Shown: positions 8,893 to 17,395 of the stretch, piece by piece
How the letters are laid out: each line of letters starts with the position of its first letter
Numbering within the stretch: position 1 is the first letter of the stretch
DNA from: Pseudomonadota bacterium
GTDB taxonomy: Bacteria > Desulfobacterota > Desulfarculia > Desulfarculales > Desulfarculaceae
Direction: 5' to 3'
DNA: 64,000 nt
NCBI GenBank assembly: GCA_043804825.1
Contig: JAZDIQ010000019.1
Coordinates: 18,223 to 82,222 of the forward strand
Notes under the pieces: model-generated
What the model saw: only the letters and a program-made list of their open reading frames with translations
Told to the model about the DNA's origin: nothing
The model's database searches: none
Translations under genes and position numbers: made by a program

Positions 8893-9957
8893 CTATATCA
8901 GTCCCCGCCGGCTGGCCATGTAGCGCATCTGGTCGGCCGAAGTCTTGGGCGGCTCCTGGCGCTGGGGCTTGTTCAGGAGCGTGATGGCCTGGCCCGGACA
9001 GGTGGTGACGCACAGGCCGCAGCCGATGCAGCGGTCCTGATCCAGGCTGGCCAGTCCCTGGTCGTCCAGGGTGATGGCCGCCATCTGGCAGCGCTCCAGG
9101 CACTCCCCGCAGCCGGTGCACAGATCGCGGTCCAGTCGGGCGAAGTGGTTGGAGAAGACCATCTCGGCGGGCTTGGGGTGCTTGCGCAGGGAGCCCAGCA
9201 CCCCGCAGCAATCCCCGCAACAGTTGCACATGCCGGCCGGGTTCTGGGCCGTTCCGGGCTGGGTGACCAGGCCGGCGGCCGCCGCCTGGGCCAGCACCTC
9301 CAGGCCCTCCTCCAGGCTGATGGCCCGGCCCATGCCCCGGTCCAGATAGTATTGGCCCATGGAGCCGAACATGAAGCAGGCCTCCATGACCTTGCCGCAG
9401 CCCTGGCCCAGGGTCTGCTTCTGCTTGCGGCAGATGCACTCGGCCAGCACGATCCGCCCGGCCTGGCGCAGAAGCTCGGCGGCGTCCTCATAGGCGGCCA
9501 CGTGGTGCTCCACGGGCACCGCGCGCCCCACCGGGATGGTGCGCAAAAAGGCCCCGGCGCTGGTCTGCATGGCCTGGTCGAAGTTTTTCTCGCAGGCGTA
9601 GCGCTCCATCAGGCCGGCCAGCTCGGGGTCCAGGTTTTTCAGCTGGAACTCGAACAGGCCGTGGATGAAGGGGATGGCCGCGTAGCGCGGGCCGTCGGCC
9701 CCGCGCTTGCGGAACAAAAGCCCGCTCTCGGCCATGTCGTCCATCTGCTTGGCCAGGCCGGCCTCATCGCGCCCCAGGCGCGCGGCCACCTGGGCCGGGC
9801 TCTCCAGGCGGGGGCTGAGGCAGGTGAACAGCTCCGCGTCCGCCTCCGAGAAAAGCTTCCGAAGGATCAAAAGCTCCACCCCGGACTCGGTGGCCGGGAA
9901 CCCGATGGAATACTGGTCCAGTTGCTTTTGCAGCTTGGCGTAAAGCTCTGTGGGCAT
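8893..9957 (-). CDS. multi-cysteine 4Fe-4S dicluster protein of unknown function
   Basis: N-terminal wHTH-like region, CICRKQ...C...C, MCNCCGDCCG, two CxxCxxCxxxC ferredoxin motifs. Confidence 0.85.
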   Translation of the reverse strand: MPTELYAKLQKQLDQYSIGFPATESGVELLILRKLFSEADAELFTCLSPRLESPAQVAARLGRDEAGLAKQMDDMAESGLLFRKRGADGPRYAAIPFIHGLFEFQLKNLDPELAGLMERYACEKNFDQAMQTSAGAFLRTIPVGRAVPVEHHVAAYEDAAELLRQAGRIVLAECICRKQKQTLGQGCGKVMEACFMFGSMGQYYLDRGMGRAISLEEGLEVLAQAAAAGLVTQPGTAQNPAGMCNCCGDCCGVLGSLRKHPKPAEMVFSNHFARLDRDLCTGCGECLERCQMAAITLDDQGLASLDQDRCIGCGLCVTTCPGQAITLLNKPQRQEPPKTSADQMRYMASRRGLI

Positions 9958-10017
9958 GACCTGGTCTCCTGGGGTGGGTGGCTTAAAACTGTTGGCCCCC
10001 AAGGCCGGGCCGCGCGA

Positions 10018-10026
10018 ATTATAGCA
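10018..10026 (-). promoter_or_regulatory. extended -10 promoter candidate for the Fe-S/QueG-like/SDR genes
   Basis: TGCTATAAT on the minus strand ~60 nt upstream of ATG 9957. Confidence 0.5.
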
Positions 10027-10032
10027 TGATGG

Positions 10033-10080
10033 CCCGCCCCGGTGGCCTGTCGGGCTGAGATCGACAGACCGCCGGGGCGG
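10033..10080 (-). terminator. GC-rich stem-loop downstream of the thiolase
   Basis: ccgccccgg..ctgtcg / cgacag..ccggggcgg inverted repeat; no U-tract. Confidence 0.4.
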
Positions 10081-10097
10081 GACCGGGTCGGGCAAGA

Positions 10098-11303
10098 CTA
10101 GTAGTCTTCTCTCTCGATGATGGTGGCCACGCCCTGGCCGCCGCCCACGCAGGCGTTGGCGCAGCCCCAGCGGGCGCCCTTGTGGTTGAGGATGCGGGCC
10201 AGGGTGCCCACCAGACGGTTGCCGGTGGCGCCCAGGGGATGGCCGATGGCCAATCCGCCACCCATGACGTTGACCGTCTCCGGGTCGAGCCCCAGTTCCT
10301 TGATGCAGTTGAGAGCCACGATGGCGAAGGCCTCGTTGATCTCCCAGTAGTCGATGTCGGCGGGCTTCATGCCCAGCTTGTCCAAGGCCTTCAAGCTGGC
10401 CGGCACCGGGCCGTGGCCCATGATGGTGGGGTCCACGCCCACGAAGCCGATGGCGCGGATGGTGGCCAGGGGCTTGATGCCCCGCTCCTTGGCCTTCTGC
10501 TTGGACATGAGCATCATGCCCGTGCCGGCGGCGTTAAGAGGCGAGGAGACGCCGGCCGTTACCAGGCCGTCCTTCTTGAAGGCGGGCTTGAGCTTGGCCA
10601 GATCCTCCATGGTCGTCTCGCCGCGCACGGCCTGGTCCTTGTCCACCTTCATCACGGTGCCGTCGGCCTGGGGGGCCTCGATGGGCAGTATCTCCTCGCT
10701 GAAGAAGCCCTCGGCCTGGGCTAAAGCCGCCCGCTGATGCGACCGCACGGCCCAGGCGTCCATGTCCTGTTTGCTCAGGCCGCTTTTAGCCAGGAGCTTC
10801 TCGGCGGTCAGCCCCATGTTGGTCACGGTCATCATGTCCCAGTGCTTGTACTCGGGCGCCAGGTAGAGGCTTAAGTTGTGGGACACCAGGCCGCGATCGA
10901 TGGTGGTGCCGCCCATGGGCACCCGGGTCATGTGCTCCATGCCGCCGACCATCACCACGTCGGCGTTGCCGGTGGCGATCTCCATGTAGCCCACGTGGAT
11001 GCCGGCCATGGCCGAGCCGCACTGCTGGTCCACGAACTTGGCGGCGATGGTCTCGGGCAGGTTGGCCAGGAAGATGGGATTGCGGCCGCCGTAGGTCCAC
11101 TGCTCGCCCACGCCGGTGGCGCAGCCCACGATGAAATCGTCGATCTCCTCGGCCTTGACGCCGCTGCGGCTGATCAGCTCGGGCAGCACCTTGGCCAACA
11201 GCTCATCGGCGCGCAAGGCGTGCAGCCAGTCGCGGCCGGGGTCGCCCGGGCGGCAGCGGGACTGGGCGGTGCGCAGGTATCCGGTGATGACTACTTCTTG
11301 CAT
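10098..11303 (-). CDS. fadA: acetyl-CoA C-acyltransferase (thiolase)
   Basis: Catalytic QQCGS, NEAFA, GHPLGATG and CVGGGQG motifs; AAGGAG RBS. Confidence 0.93.
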   Translation of the reverse strand: MQEVVITGYLRTAQSRCRPGDPGRDWLHALRADELLAKVLPELISRSGVKAEEIDDFIVGCATGVGEQWTYGGRNPIFLANLPETIAAKFVDQQCGSAMAGIHVGYMEIATGNADVVMVGGMEHMTRVPMGGTTIDRGLVSHNLSLYLAPEYKHWDMMTVTNMGLTAEKLLAKSGLSKQDMDAWAVRSHQRAALAQAEGFFSEEILPIEAPQADGTVMKVDKDQAVRGETTMEDLAKLKPAFKKDGLVTAGVSSPLNAAGTGMMLMSKQKAKERGIKPLATIRAIGFVGVDPTIMGHGPVPASLKALDKLGMKPADIDYWEINEAFAIVALNCIKELGLDPETVNVMGGGLAIGHPLGATGNRLVGTLARILNHKGARWGCANACVGGGQGVATIIEREDY

Positions 11304-11320
11304 GGAATCGTCTCCTTGAC

Positions 11321-13453
11321 TTAGCGATCTTGGTGGAAGGTCTTGCCTGCCGCCGCCATGGTCTGAATCAGCTTGGCCGGCGCGAAGCGGGGACCGTACT
11401 TGGCCTCCAGTTGCTGGAGCTTGGCCAGGACGTTCTGGAGGCCCCAACTGTCGGCATGGCGCAGGATCCCTCCCCGGTAGGGCGGGAAGCCGGTGCCGGT
11501 GATCATGGCCAAATCCATGTCCGCCGGCCGGTCGCAGATGCCCTGCTCCATCATCAAGGCCGCCTCGTTGATGCCGCAGGCCAGCATCAGTTCCACGATC
11601 TCGCCCGGCTGGGCCTGGCGGGGGGAGACACCGCGGTCCTTGAGGAACCCCTCCACCACCGCCGTCACCCGGGGGTTGGGCACCGGCTGGGGCCCGCTGT
11701 AGTCGAAGTAGCCGCGCCCGGTCTTGCGGCCATAATCGCCCAGGGCGTAGATGGCCTCGGTCAGGGGATGGACCGTGTAGCGCTGGCCCAGGCGGCGCTC
11801 GAAGGTCTTGTTGACGTGGAAGTTGATGTCAATGCCGGTGAGGTCCGAGAGGGTGGCCGGCCCCATGGGCAGGCCGAAGTCCAGCATGGCCTTCTCGATC
11901 TCCTGGCCGCTGACGCCGTCGGCCAACAGGAAGACCGAGCCGCCCATGAGCCCGCCCAGCTGACGCGAGACGTAGAAGCCCGGACCGTCGTTGACCACCA
12001 CCGGCACCTTCTTGATGGCCCGGCCAAAGGCCACGCTGCTGGCCAGGGTCTGGTCGCTGGTCTTCTCGGCGCAGATGATCTCCAAGAGCGGCATGCGCTC
12101 GGCGGGGTTGAAGAAGTGCAGGCCGATCATGCGCCCCGGGTCGGTCAGCACCGTGGCCATCTCGGTGATGGGCAGGGCCGAGGTGTTGGTGCCGAAGATC
12201 ACCTCGGGCCGGCAGATGCCCTCCAGCTTCTTCCAGATGTCCTGCTTGACGGTCATGCTCTCCAGGACCGCCTCGATGATCAGGTCCACGTCCCCCAGCT
12301 CGGCCAGGTCGGTGGTGGTGGTCAGCCGGGAGGCCAGGAGGGCCTCCAGCTTCTCGGGCGTGGTCTTCTTGGTCTTGATCTGATAGGCGAAGGTCTTCTT
12401 GATGGCGGCCAGGGCCTTCTGCAGGGCCTCTTCGTTGATCTCCCACAGCACGGCCTCAAAGCCGCCCGCCAGCAAGAGGTGCACGATGCCCGAGCCCATC
12501 ACGCCGCCGCCCAGCATGGCCACCTTCCGGGGTTGGGCCGGAGTGAGCCCCTGGATGCGCGGCAGGCGGCCGGCGGTGCGCTGGTTCAGGAAGGTGCTGA
12601 TCAGGTTCTTGGCCACCTCCGAAACCACGCAGTCGCCGAACAGCTCGGCCTCGCGGGCGATGTCGGCCGCGAAGTCCATGGATAGGCCCTTGTCCACCGC
12701 CTCCACGATCTTGAAGGGGGCGATGTAGCCCTTGGCCTTCTTGGCCAGGCCGGCCTTGACGAAGTTCAGCAGGGCCGTCTTCTCGGCGGCGCTGGGCAGG
12801 CGGTCGAAGCGGCGGCTGGCCACGCGGGTCTTGATGGTCAGGCGGCCCTTGATGAACTGGGCGGCGGCGGCCAGGGCGGTCTGAACCAGGCCCTCGGCCG
12901 TGGCCAGCTCGTCCACCAGCCCCAGGGACCAGGCCTTCTCGGCCTTCATGAACTTGCCGGTGGTCATGTAGTCCAGGGCGTTGGGCAGGCCGATGAGCCG
13001 GGGTAGCCTCTGGGTGCCGGCCGAGCCGGGCAAGAGGCCCAGTTTGACCTCGGGCAGGCCCAGGCTCACGCCGCGCACCGCCACGCGGTAGTGGCAGGCC
13101 ATGGCGATCTCCAGGCCGCCGCCCAGGCAGTTGCCGTTGATGGCGGCGATCACCGGCTTGGCGGCGCCCTCCAGGGCGTTGAGCCACTCATGGACGCCCA
13201 TGAGCTTGGCCACGAAGGCCTCCCGGTCGGTCACGGTGAGTAGCTGGGTCACGTCGGCCCCGGCCACGAAGTTCTTGCCCGTGCCGGTGAGGATGACGGC
13301 CTTTATCTCCGGGTCGACCAGGGCCTCCAGGGTGGCCTGGCGCAACTCCAGGATGAAGTGCTCGGACATCTGGTTGACCGGCGGGTTGTCCATGGCCAGC
13401 ACGGCCACGCCCTGACTCAAATCGACCCTCACGCACTGGTAATCGGTTTTCAT
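11321..13453 (-). CDS. fadB: multifunctional enoyl-CoA hydratase/3-hydroxyacyl-CoA dehydrogenase
   Basis: FVAGAD, GNCLGGGLE, LPEVKLGLLPG; GGGVMGSGI, IEAV.E, NTS, GLHFFNP, GRKTGRG. Confidence 0.9.
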   Translation of the reverse strand: MKTDYQCVRVDLSQGVAVLAMDNPPVNQMSEHFILELRQATLEALVDPEIKAVILTGTGKNFVAGADVTQLLTVTDREAFVAKLMGVHEWLNALEGAAKPVIAAINGNCLGGGLEIAMACHYRVAVRGVSLGLPEVKLGLLPGSAGTQRLPRLIGLPNALDYMTTGKFMKAEKAWSLGLVDELATAEGLVQTALAAAAQFIKGRLTIKTRVASRRFDRLPSAAEKTALLNFVKAGLAKKAKGYIAPFKIVEAVDKGLSMDFAADIAREAELFGDCVVSEVAKNLISTFLNQRTAGRLPRIQGLTPAQPRKVAMLGGGVMGSGIVHLLLAGGFEAVLWEINEEALQKALAAIKKTFAYQIKTKKTTPEKLEALLASRLTTTTDLAELGDVDLIIEAVLESMTVKQDIWKKLEGICRPEVIFGTNTSALPITEMATVLTDPGRMIGLHFFNPAERMPLLEIICAEKTSDQTLASSVAFGRAIKKVPVVVNDGPGFYVSRQLGGLMGGSVFLLADGVSGQEIEKAMLDFGLPMGPATLSDLTGIDINFHVNKTFERRLGQRYTVHPLTEAIYALGDYGRKTGRGYFDYSGPQPVPNPRVTAVVEGFLKDRGVSPRQAQPGEIVELMLACGINEAALMMEQGICDRPADMDLAMITGTGFPPYRGGILRHADSWGLQNVLAKLQQLEAKYGPRFAPAKLIQTMAAAGKTFHQDR

Positions 13454-13787
13454 GTCCCTCTCGCTCTGGGTGGGGGGATGGCGCGCCCGGCGGCGGCGGG
13501 GGCCGGGCGGTCGGTGCGCACCACCTAATTCCATGGCCGCGTGGGCGCTTAATAAAATGAACGACGGTCAGAATAAAACGTTTTGCGTTAATCAACGCTT
13601 CATTATCAAGCGTAAGATTATACAACCGAAGATGATATGTAAACATTTTTTGTGCGCGGAGGCGCGGGCGCGGGCCACGGCCGCCGTTCCCCTGGCCGGG
13701 GCGGCTGTGGCGGCTTATCATGCCGTCCCGACGGGGGCATTGCCCTGCCCGCCCCGGCGGCCGGATCAGGGCGGTGGGGCTGGGGGG

Positions 13788-14513
13788 TTATTGATCCTGG
13801 GCGGGCTGCTTGGCGGTGCGGGCCGGATCCTCGCGCTGGGTATCCAGGTATTCCCGGGCGTACTTGCGGTAGAGGTGGTAGAAGAGCACACCCATGCTCT
13901 CATGCCCCCGGGCGGCCAGGTCGGCGCGTTCGGAGGGCTTCAGGTCCACGGTGGCCCGCTGGAAATCCTCGATCAGGTTCCTGGCGATGTCGCGGAAAAA
14001 GGTGGCCAGCATGGGCATGGTCACCTCGGGCTGGAAGTGCTGCCGGCGGTTGATGCCCATCTTGGCCATGTTGACCATGACCCTGCCGATGCAGATGTCG
14101 TCCTGGTTGTAGACGTTGACGCCGTTTTTACGCAGGTCGCTGAGCAGGCCCCACTCCTTGAGCTGGGGCAGCCAGCGGGGGGCCATGCCCGTGGCGGCCA
14201 GGAAGGCCTCGTCGCCCTCCGCGCCGGTGCCCAGGTATTGATCCACCGGCTTGAAGAACTCGGTCCTCAGCTTGAGCATGGCCTGCTTGCTGGCGCCGCG
14301 GTGTTCCCAGAGTATCTTCTTGATGGTGGGCAGGGGGAAGAAGAAGTCGTTTTGCAACTCCTTGATCAGGCGGATGCGCTCCACGTAGCTGTCGTCGTAC
14401 TCCGCCGAGTTGCTGCCCAGCTTGCGGGGTTTGGGCAACAGGCCGTTTCGTATATAATAGTGTATGGTCTGTTTGGGTACGTCGGTACGCTTGGCCAGTT
14501 CGGCGATCTTCAT
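13788..14513 (-). CDS. MerR-family transcriptional regulator
   Basis: MKIAELAKRTDVPKQTIHYYIRNGLLPKP...Y...RIRLIKELQ...LPTIK. Confidence 0.9.
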   Translation of the reverse strand: MKIAELAKRTDVPKQTIHYYIRNGLLPKPRKLGSNSAEYDDSYVERIRLIKELQNDFFFPLPTIKKILWEHRGASKQAMLKLRTEFFKPVDQYLGTGAEGDEAFLAATGMAPRWLPQLKEWGLLSDLRKNGVNVYNQDDICIGRVMVNMAKMGINRRQHFQPEVTMPMLATFFRDIARNLIEDFQRATVDLKPSERADLAARGHESMGVLFYHLYRKYAREYLDTQREDPARTAKQPAQDQ

Positions 14514-14992
14514 ATGCCACTCTCGGTTATCTGGGGAGCCCTTGCTCCGGGGCGTCCCCGCGCCAGGTCGGAGGCGGAGCCAGCCAAATATACGGCAAGC
14601 CCGCGGCCCGCGCACCCGTCCCCAGGTCCCACGGTGGGCGCCCTTATCGGGTGGAGGCTGGCTGGCGGCTCTTTCTGGTAGATTATAATATATATATATT
14701 AATTCGCCGTATATTGAAAATGTTATACGTATTGCGTTGAAAAATGCTAATCGCGGCGCCCCGGATGTTCCGCCCCCTGGCCGCCGTTTCCCCAGCCCCC
14801 TGAGGCCGCCTTGCCGGCCCCCGCCCGGACAGCCCCCACGCCTCGCCTTGGCTAAACCTCCATTCTTGGAAACAGTCTCCCCAGACGCTTGACAATATTG
14901 TCACTGATTTTGGCAGCCTGGCCGCCGCCGGCCCCGCTGGCCGGGCCGCCGGGCCGTCGCTTGCACAAATTGTAACAAGTCCAATAAGTAAA

Positions 14993-15021
14993 TTGACATT
15001 ATATCTTCATGTTGTTATTGT
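14993..15021 (+). promoter_or_regulatory. sigma70 promoter of the ABC importer operon
   Basis: TTGACA-N17-TATTGT about 95 nt upstream of ATG 15117. Confidence 0.65.
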
Positions 15022-15116
15022 GTTTTGCGCTTACAGCGTTTATCACAGCTACACGTTATGTCCGCGACACGCTTTCTGGCCTGTAACGGTTTCGCTTGGT
15101 CAAGGAGGTATCGACT

Positions 15117-16391
15117 ATGCGTAAATCAGCATTGGCGGTGGTGGTTCTCATGGGTCTCCTATGCGCACTGGCGCTGCCAGCCGGCGCGGCGCAGCCCATC
15201 AAGATCGGTGTCCTGGGGCCCATGGCCTTTACCCAGGGCGAAGGGCACTGGAACGGCGCCACCCTGGCCGCCGAGGAGATCAACGCCGCCGGCGGCGTGC
15301 AGGTGGGTAGCGAGAAACGCCCCATTGAGCTGGTCAAGGTGGACACCACCGAGTTCCTGAGCATCCCCGACGCCACCAACGCCACCGAGATGGCCGTCAG
15401 CCGTCACAAAGTCGATTTCCTGGTGGGCGGCTTCCGCACCGAGGCGGTGCAGGTGATGCAGGACATCGCCATGGACGCCAAGAAAATCTTCATCGGCTGC
15501 GGCGCGGCCCACCCCGAGCTGTGCACCCGGGTCACCAAGGACTACGACCGCTATAAGTATTGGTTCCGCCTGACCCCCATCAACTCCACCTACCTGGGCA
15601 AGGTGGACTTCATCCTCTTGGGCAACGTGGCCGCGGTGATGAAGAAGAGCCTGGGCCTGGAAAAGCTCAAGGTGGCCATCATCGCCGAGAAGGCCGCCTG
15701 GGCCGACCCCATCGTCAAGGCCGCCGAGAAGATCCTGCCCGAGAAGATGGGCATGGAGGTGGTGGGCACCTGGCGCCCCTCGCCGGTGGCCAAGGATTGC
15801 ACCGCCGAGCTCTCGGCCATTCAGCGCGCCGGCGCCCACATCGTCTTCACCACCTTCTCTTCCTCGGTGGGGCTCACCTTTGCCAAGCAATGGGGCGAGC
15901 TGAAGGTGCCGGCCGCGGCCGTGGGTATCAACGTGGAGTCGCAGAAGACCGGCTTCTGGGACGCCACCGGCGGCAAGGGCGAGTACACGCTGACCGTCAA
16001 CACCTACGCCCGGGTCAAGATGACCGACAAGACCATTCCCTTCTATGACAAGTACGTCCAGCAGTTCAAGGAGGCCCCCAACTACACCGCCGGCACCTAT
16101 GACGCCCTCCACATCATCCAGGAGGCCGTGGAGAAGGCCGGCACCCTGGATTCCGACAAGGTGGTGGCCATGATCGAGAAGAACGACAGCCTGGGCACCG
16201 CCGGACGCGAGCAGTTCGACAAGTCCCACGACATCATGTGGGCTCCCAACCTGGTCACCTCCGTGGGCACCCAGTGGCAGGACGGCAAGATGGTCTGCGT
16301 CTGGCCCTACAACTGGGAAGGCGTGACCTACGAGGGCTCCGTGCCCTACAAGCTGCCCCCCTGGGTGGCCGAGCACTGGAAAAAGAAGTAG
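15117..16391 (+). CDS. Liv/HAAT-family ABC substrate-binding protein
   Basis: Signal peptide, IKIGVLGP, GATLAAEEINAAGG, YWFRL, YDAL; RBS AAGGAGG. Confidence 0.9.
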   Translation: MRKSALAVVVLMGLLCALALPAGAAQPIKIGVLGPMAFTQGEGHWNGATLAAEEINAAGGVQVGSEKRPIELVKVDTTEFLSIPDATNATEMAVSRHKVDFLVGGFRTEAVQVMQDIAMDAKKIFIGCGAAHPELCTRVTKDYDRYKYWFRLTPINSTYLGKVDFILLGNVAAVMKKSLGLEKLKVAIIAEKAAWADPIVKAAEKILPEKMGMEVVGTWRPSPVAKDCTAELSAIQRAGAHIVFTTFSSSVGLTFAKQWGELKVPAAAVGINVESQKTGFWDATGGKGEYTLTVNTYARVKMTDKTIPFYDKYVQQFKEAPNYTAGTYDALHIIQEAVEKAGTLDSDKVVAMIEKNDSLGTAGREQFDKSHDIMWAPNLVTSVGTQWQDGKMVCVWPYNWEGVTYEGSVPYKLPPWVAEHWKKK

Positions 16392-16403
16392 CCCCTGGCC
16401 GAA

Positions 16404-16436
16404 ACTGGGCCTGATCCCCCCGGGACCAGGCCCAGT
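16404..16436 (+). terminator. intercistronic stem-loop after the binding-protein gene
   Basis: ACTGGGCCTG...CAGGCCCAGT followed by CCTTT; typical mRNA-stabilising or attenuating position. Confidence 0.55.
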
Positions 16437-16523
16437 CCTTTAGGCGCGGCGATTTCCTCCTTAACCTAATTGGGTCTGGCCCACCGGGGGCGTCTAGCTC
16501 CGGGGAGGCCGGCGAGGTTGGCC

Positions 16524-17393
16524 ATGCTGCTGGACATCATCGTGGACGGACTAATCAAGGGCAGCGTCTACGCCCTTCTGGCCATCGGGTTCTCCCTGGT
16601 GCTGGGGGTGGCGCGCATCATCAACATTGCCCACACCGCCTTGTTCATGACCGCGGCCTACCTGATCTACATGGGAAGCAAGCTCCTGGGCCTGCCGCTG
16701 CCCCTGGCCATGCTGGCCTCGGTGGGGCTGACGGTGCTCCTGGGGCTGGTGGTCTACCGCCTGTTCATCCAGCCCATCCAGGAACACGAGGCCGCGGTGC
16801 TGATTGCCACCATCGCCGTGGCCATGATGCTGCAAGAGGTCTTCCTCATGGCCTTCGGCGGCCATTACCTGGGGGTGCCGCCCCTGGTGGACGGCTATCT
16901 GGAGGTGCTGGGGGTGAAGGTCACCTACCAGCACCTCTTGGCCCTGGGGCTGGCCCTGGTGATGCTCCTGGGGGTGCGTCATTTCCTGATGAACACCCGC
17001 CTGGGCCTGGCCCTGCGCTCCACGGCCCAGGACCGCGAGGTGGCCAACCTGATGGGCATGGACGTCAACCGCGTGGCCCTGTTGACCGTGGCCATCTCCG
17101 TGGGCCTGGCGGCCATGACCGGGGCCATCGTGGTGCCCTTGATCACCGTGGAGCCCACCATGTGGATGCACCCCCTGATCATGATGCTGGCCATCGTGGT
17201 GCTGGGCGGCCTGGGCAGCATCGAGGGCAGCTTCGTGGGGGCCTACCTGCTGGGCTTCGCCGAGTCCCTGGTGGTCTTTTTGTTGCCCATGGGCTCCTTC
17301 CTCAAGGACTCGGTGGCCCTGTCGGTGATGATCCTGGTGCTTCTCATCCGCCCCGAGGGCCTGTTCGGGGTGTCTTTCGAGGAGGAGCGCTAG
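16524..17393 (+). CDS. LivH-type ABC permease
   Basis: GSVYALLAIGFSL, INIAH, TRLGLALRS, VLGGLGSIEG, RPEGLFG. Confidence 0.92.
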   Translation: MLLDIIVDGLIKGSVYALLAIGFSLVLGVARIINIAHTALFMTAAYLIYMGSKLLGLPLPLAMLASVGLTVLLGLVVYRLFIQPIQEHEAAVLIATIAVAMMLQEVFLMAFGGHYLGVPPLVDGYLEVLGVKVTYQHLLALGLALVMLLGVRHFLMNTRLGLALRSTAQDREVANLMGMDVNRVALLTVAISVGLAAMTGAIVVPLITVEPTMWMHPLIMMLAIVVLGGLGSIEGSFVGAYLLGFAESLVVFLLPMGSFLKDSVALSVMILVLLIRPEGLFGVSFEEER

Positions 17394-17395
17394 CC

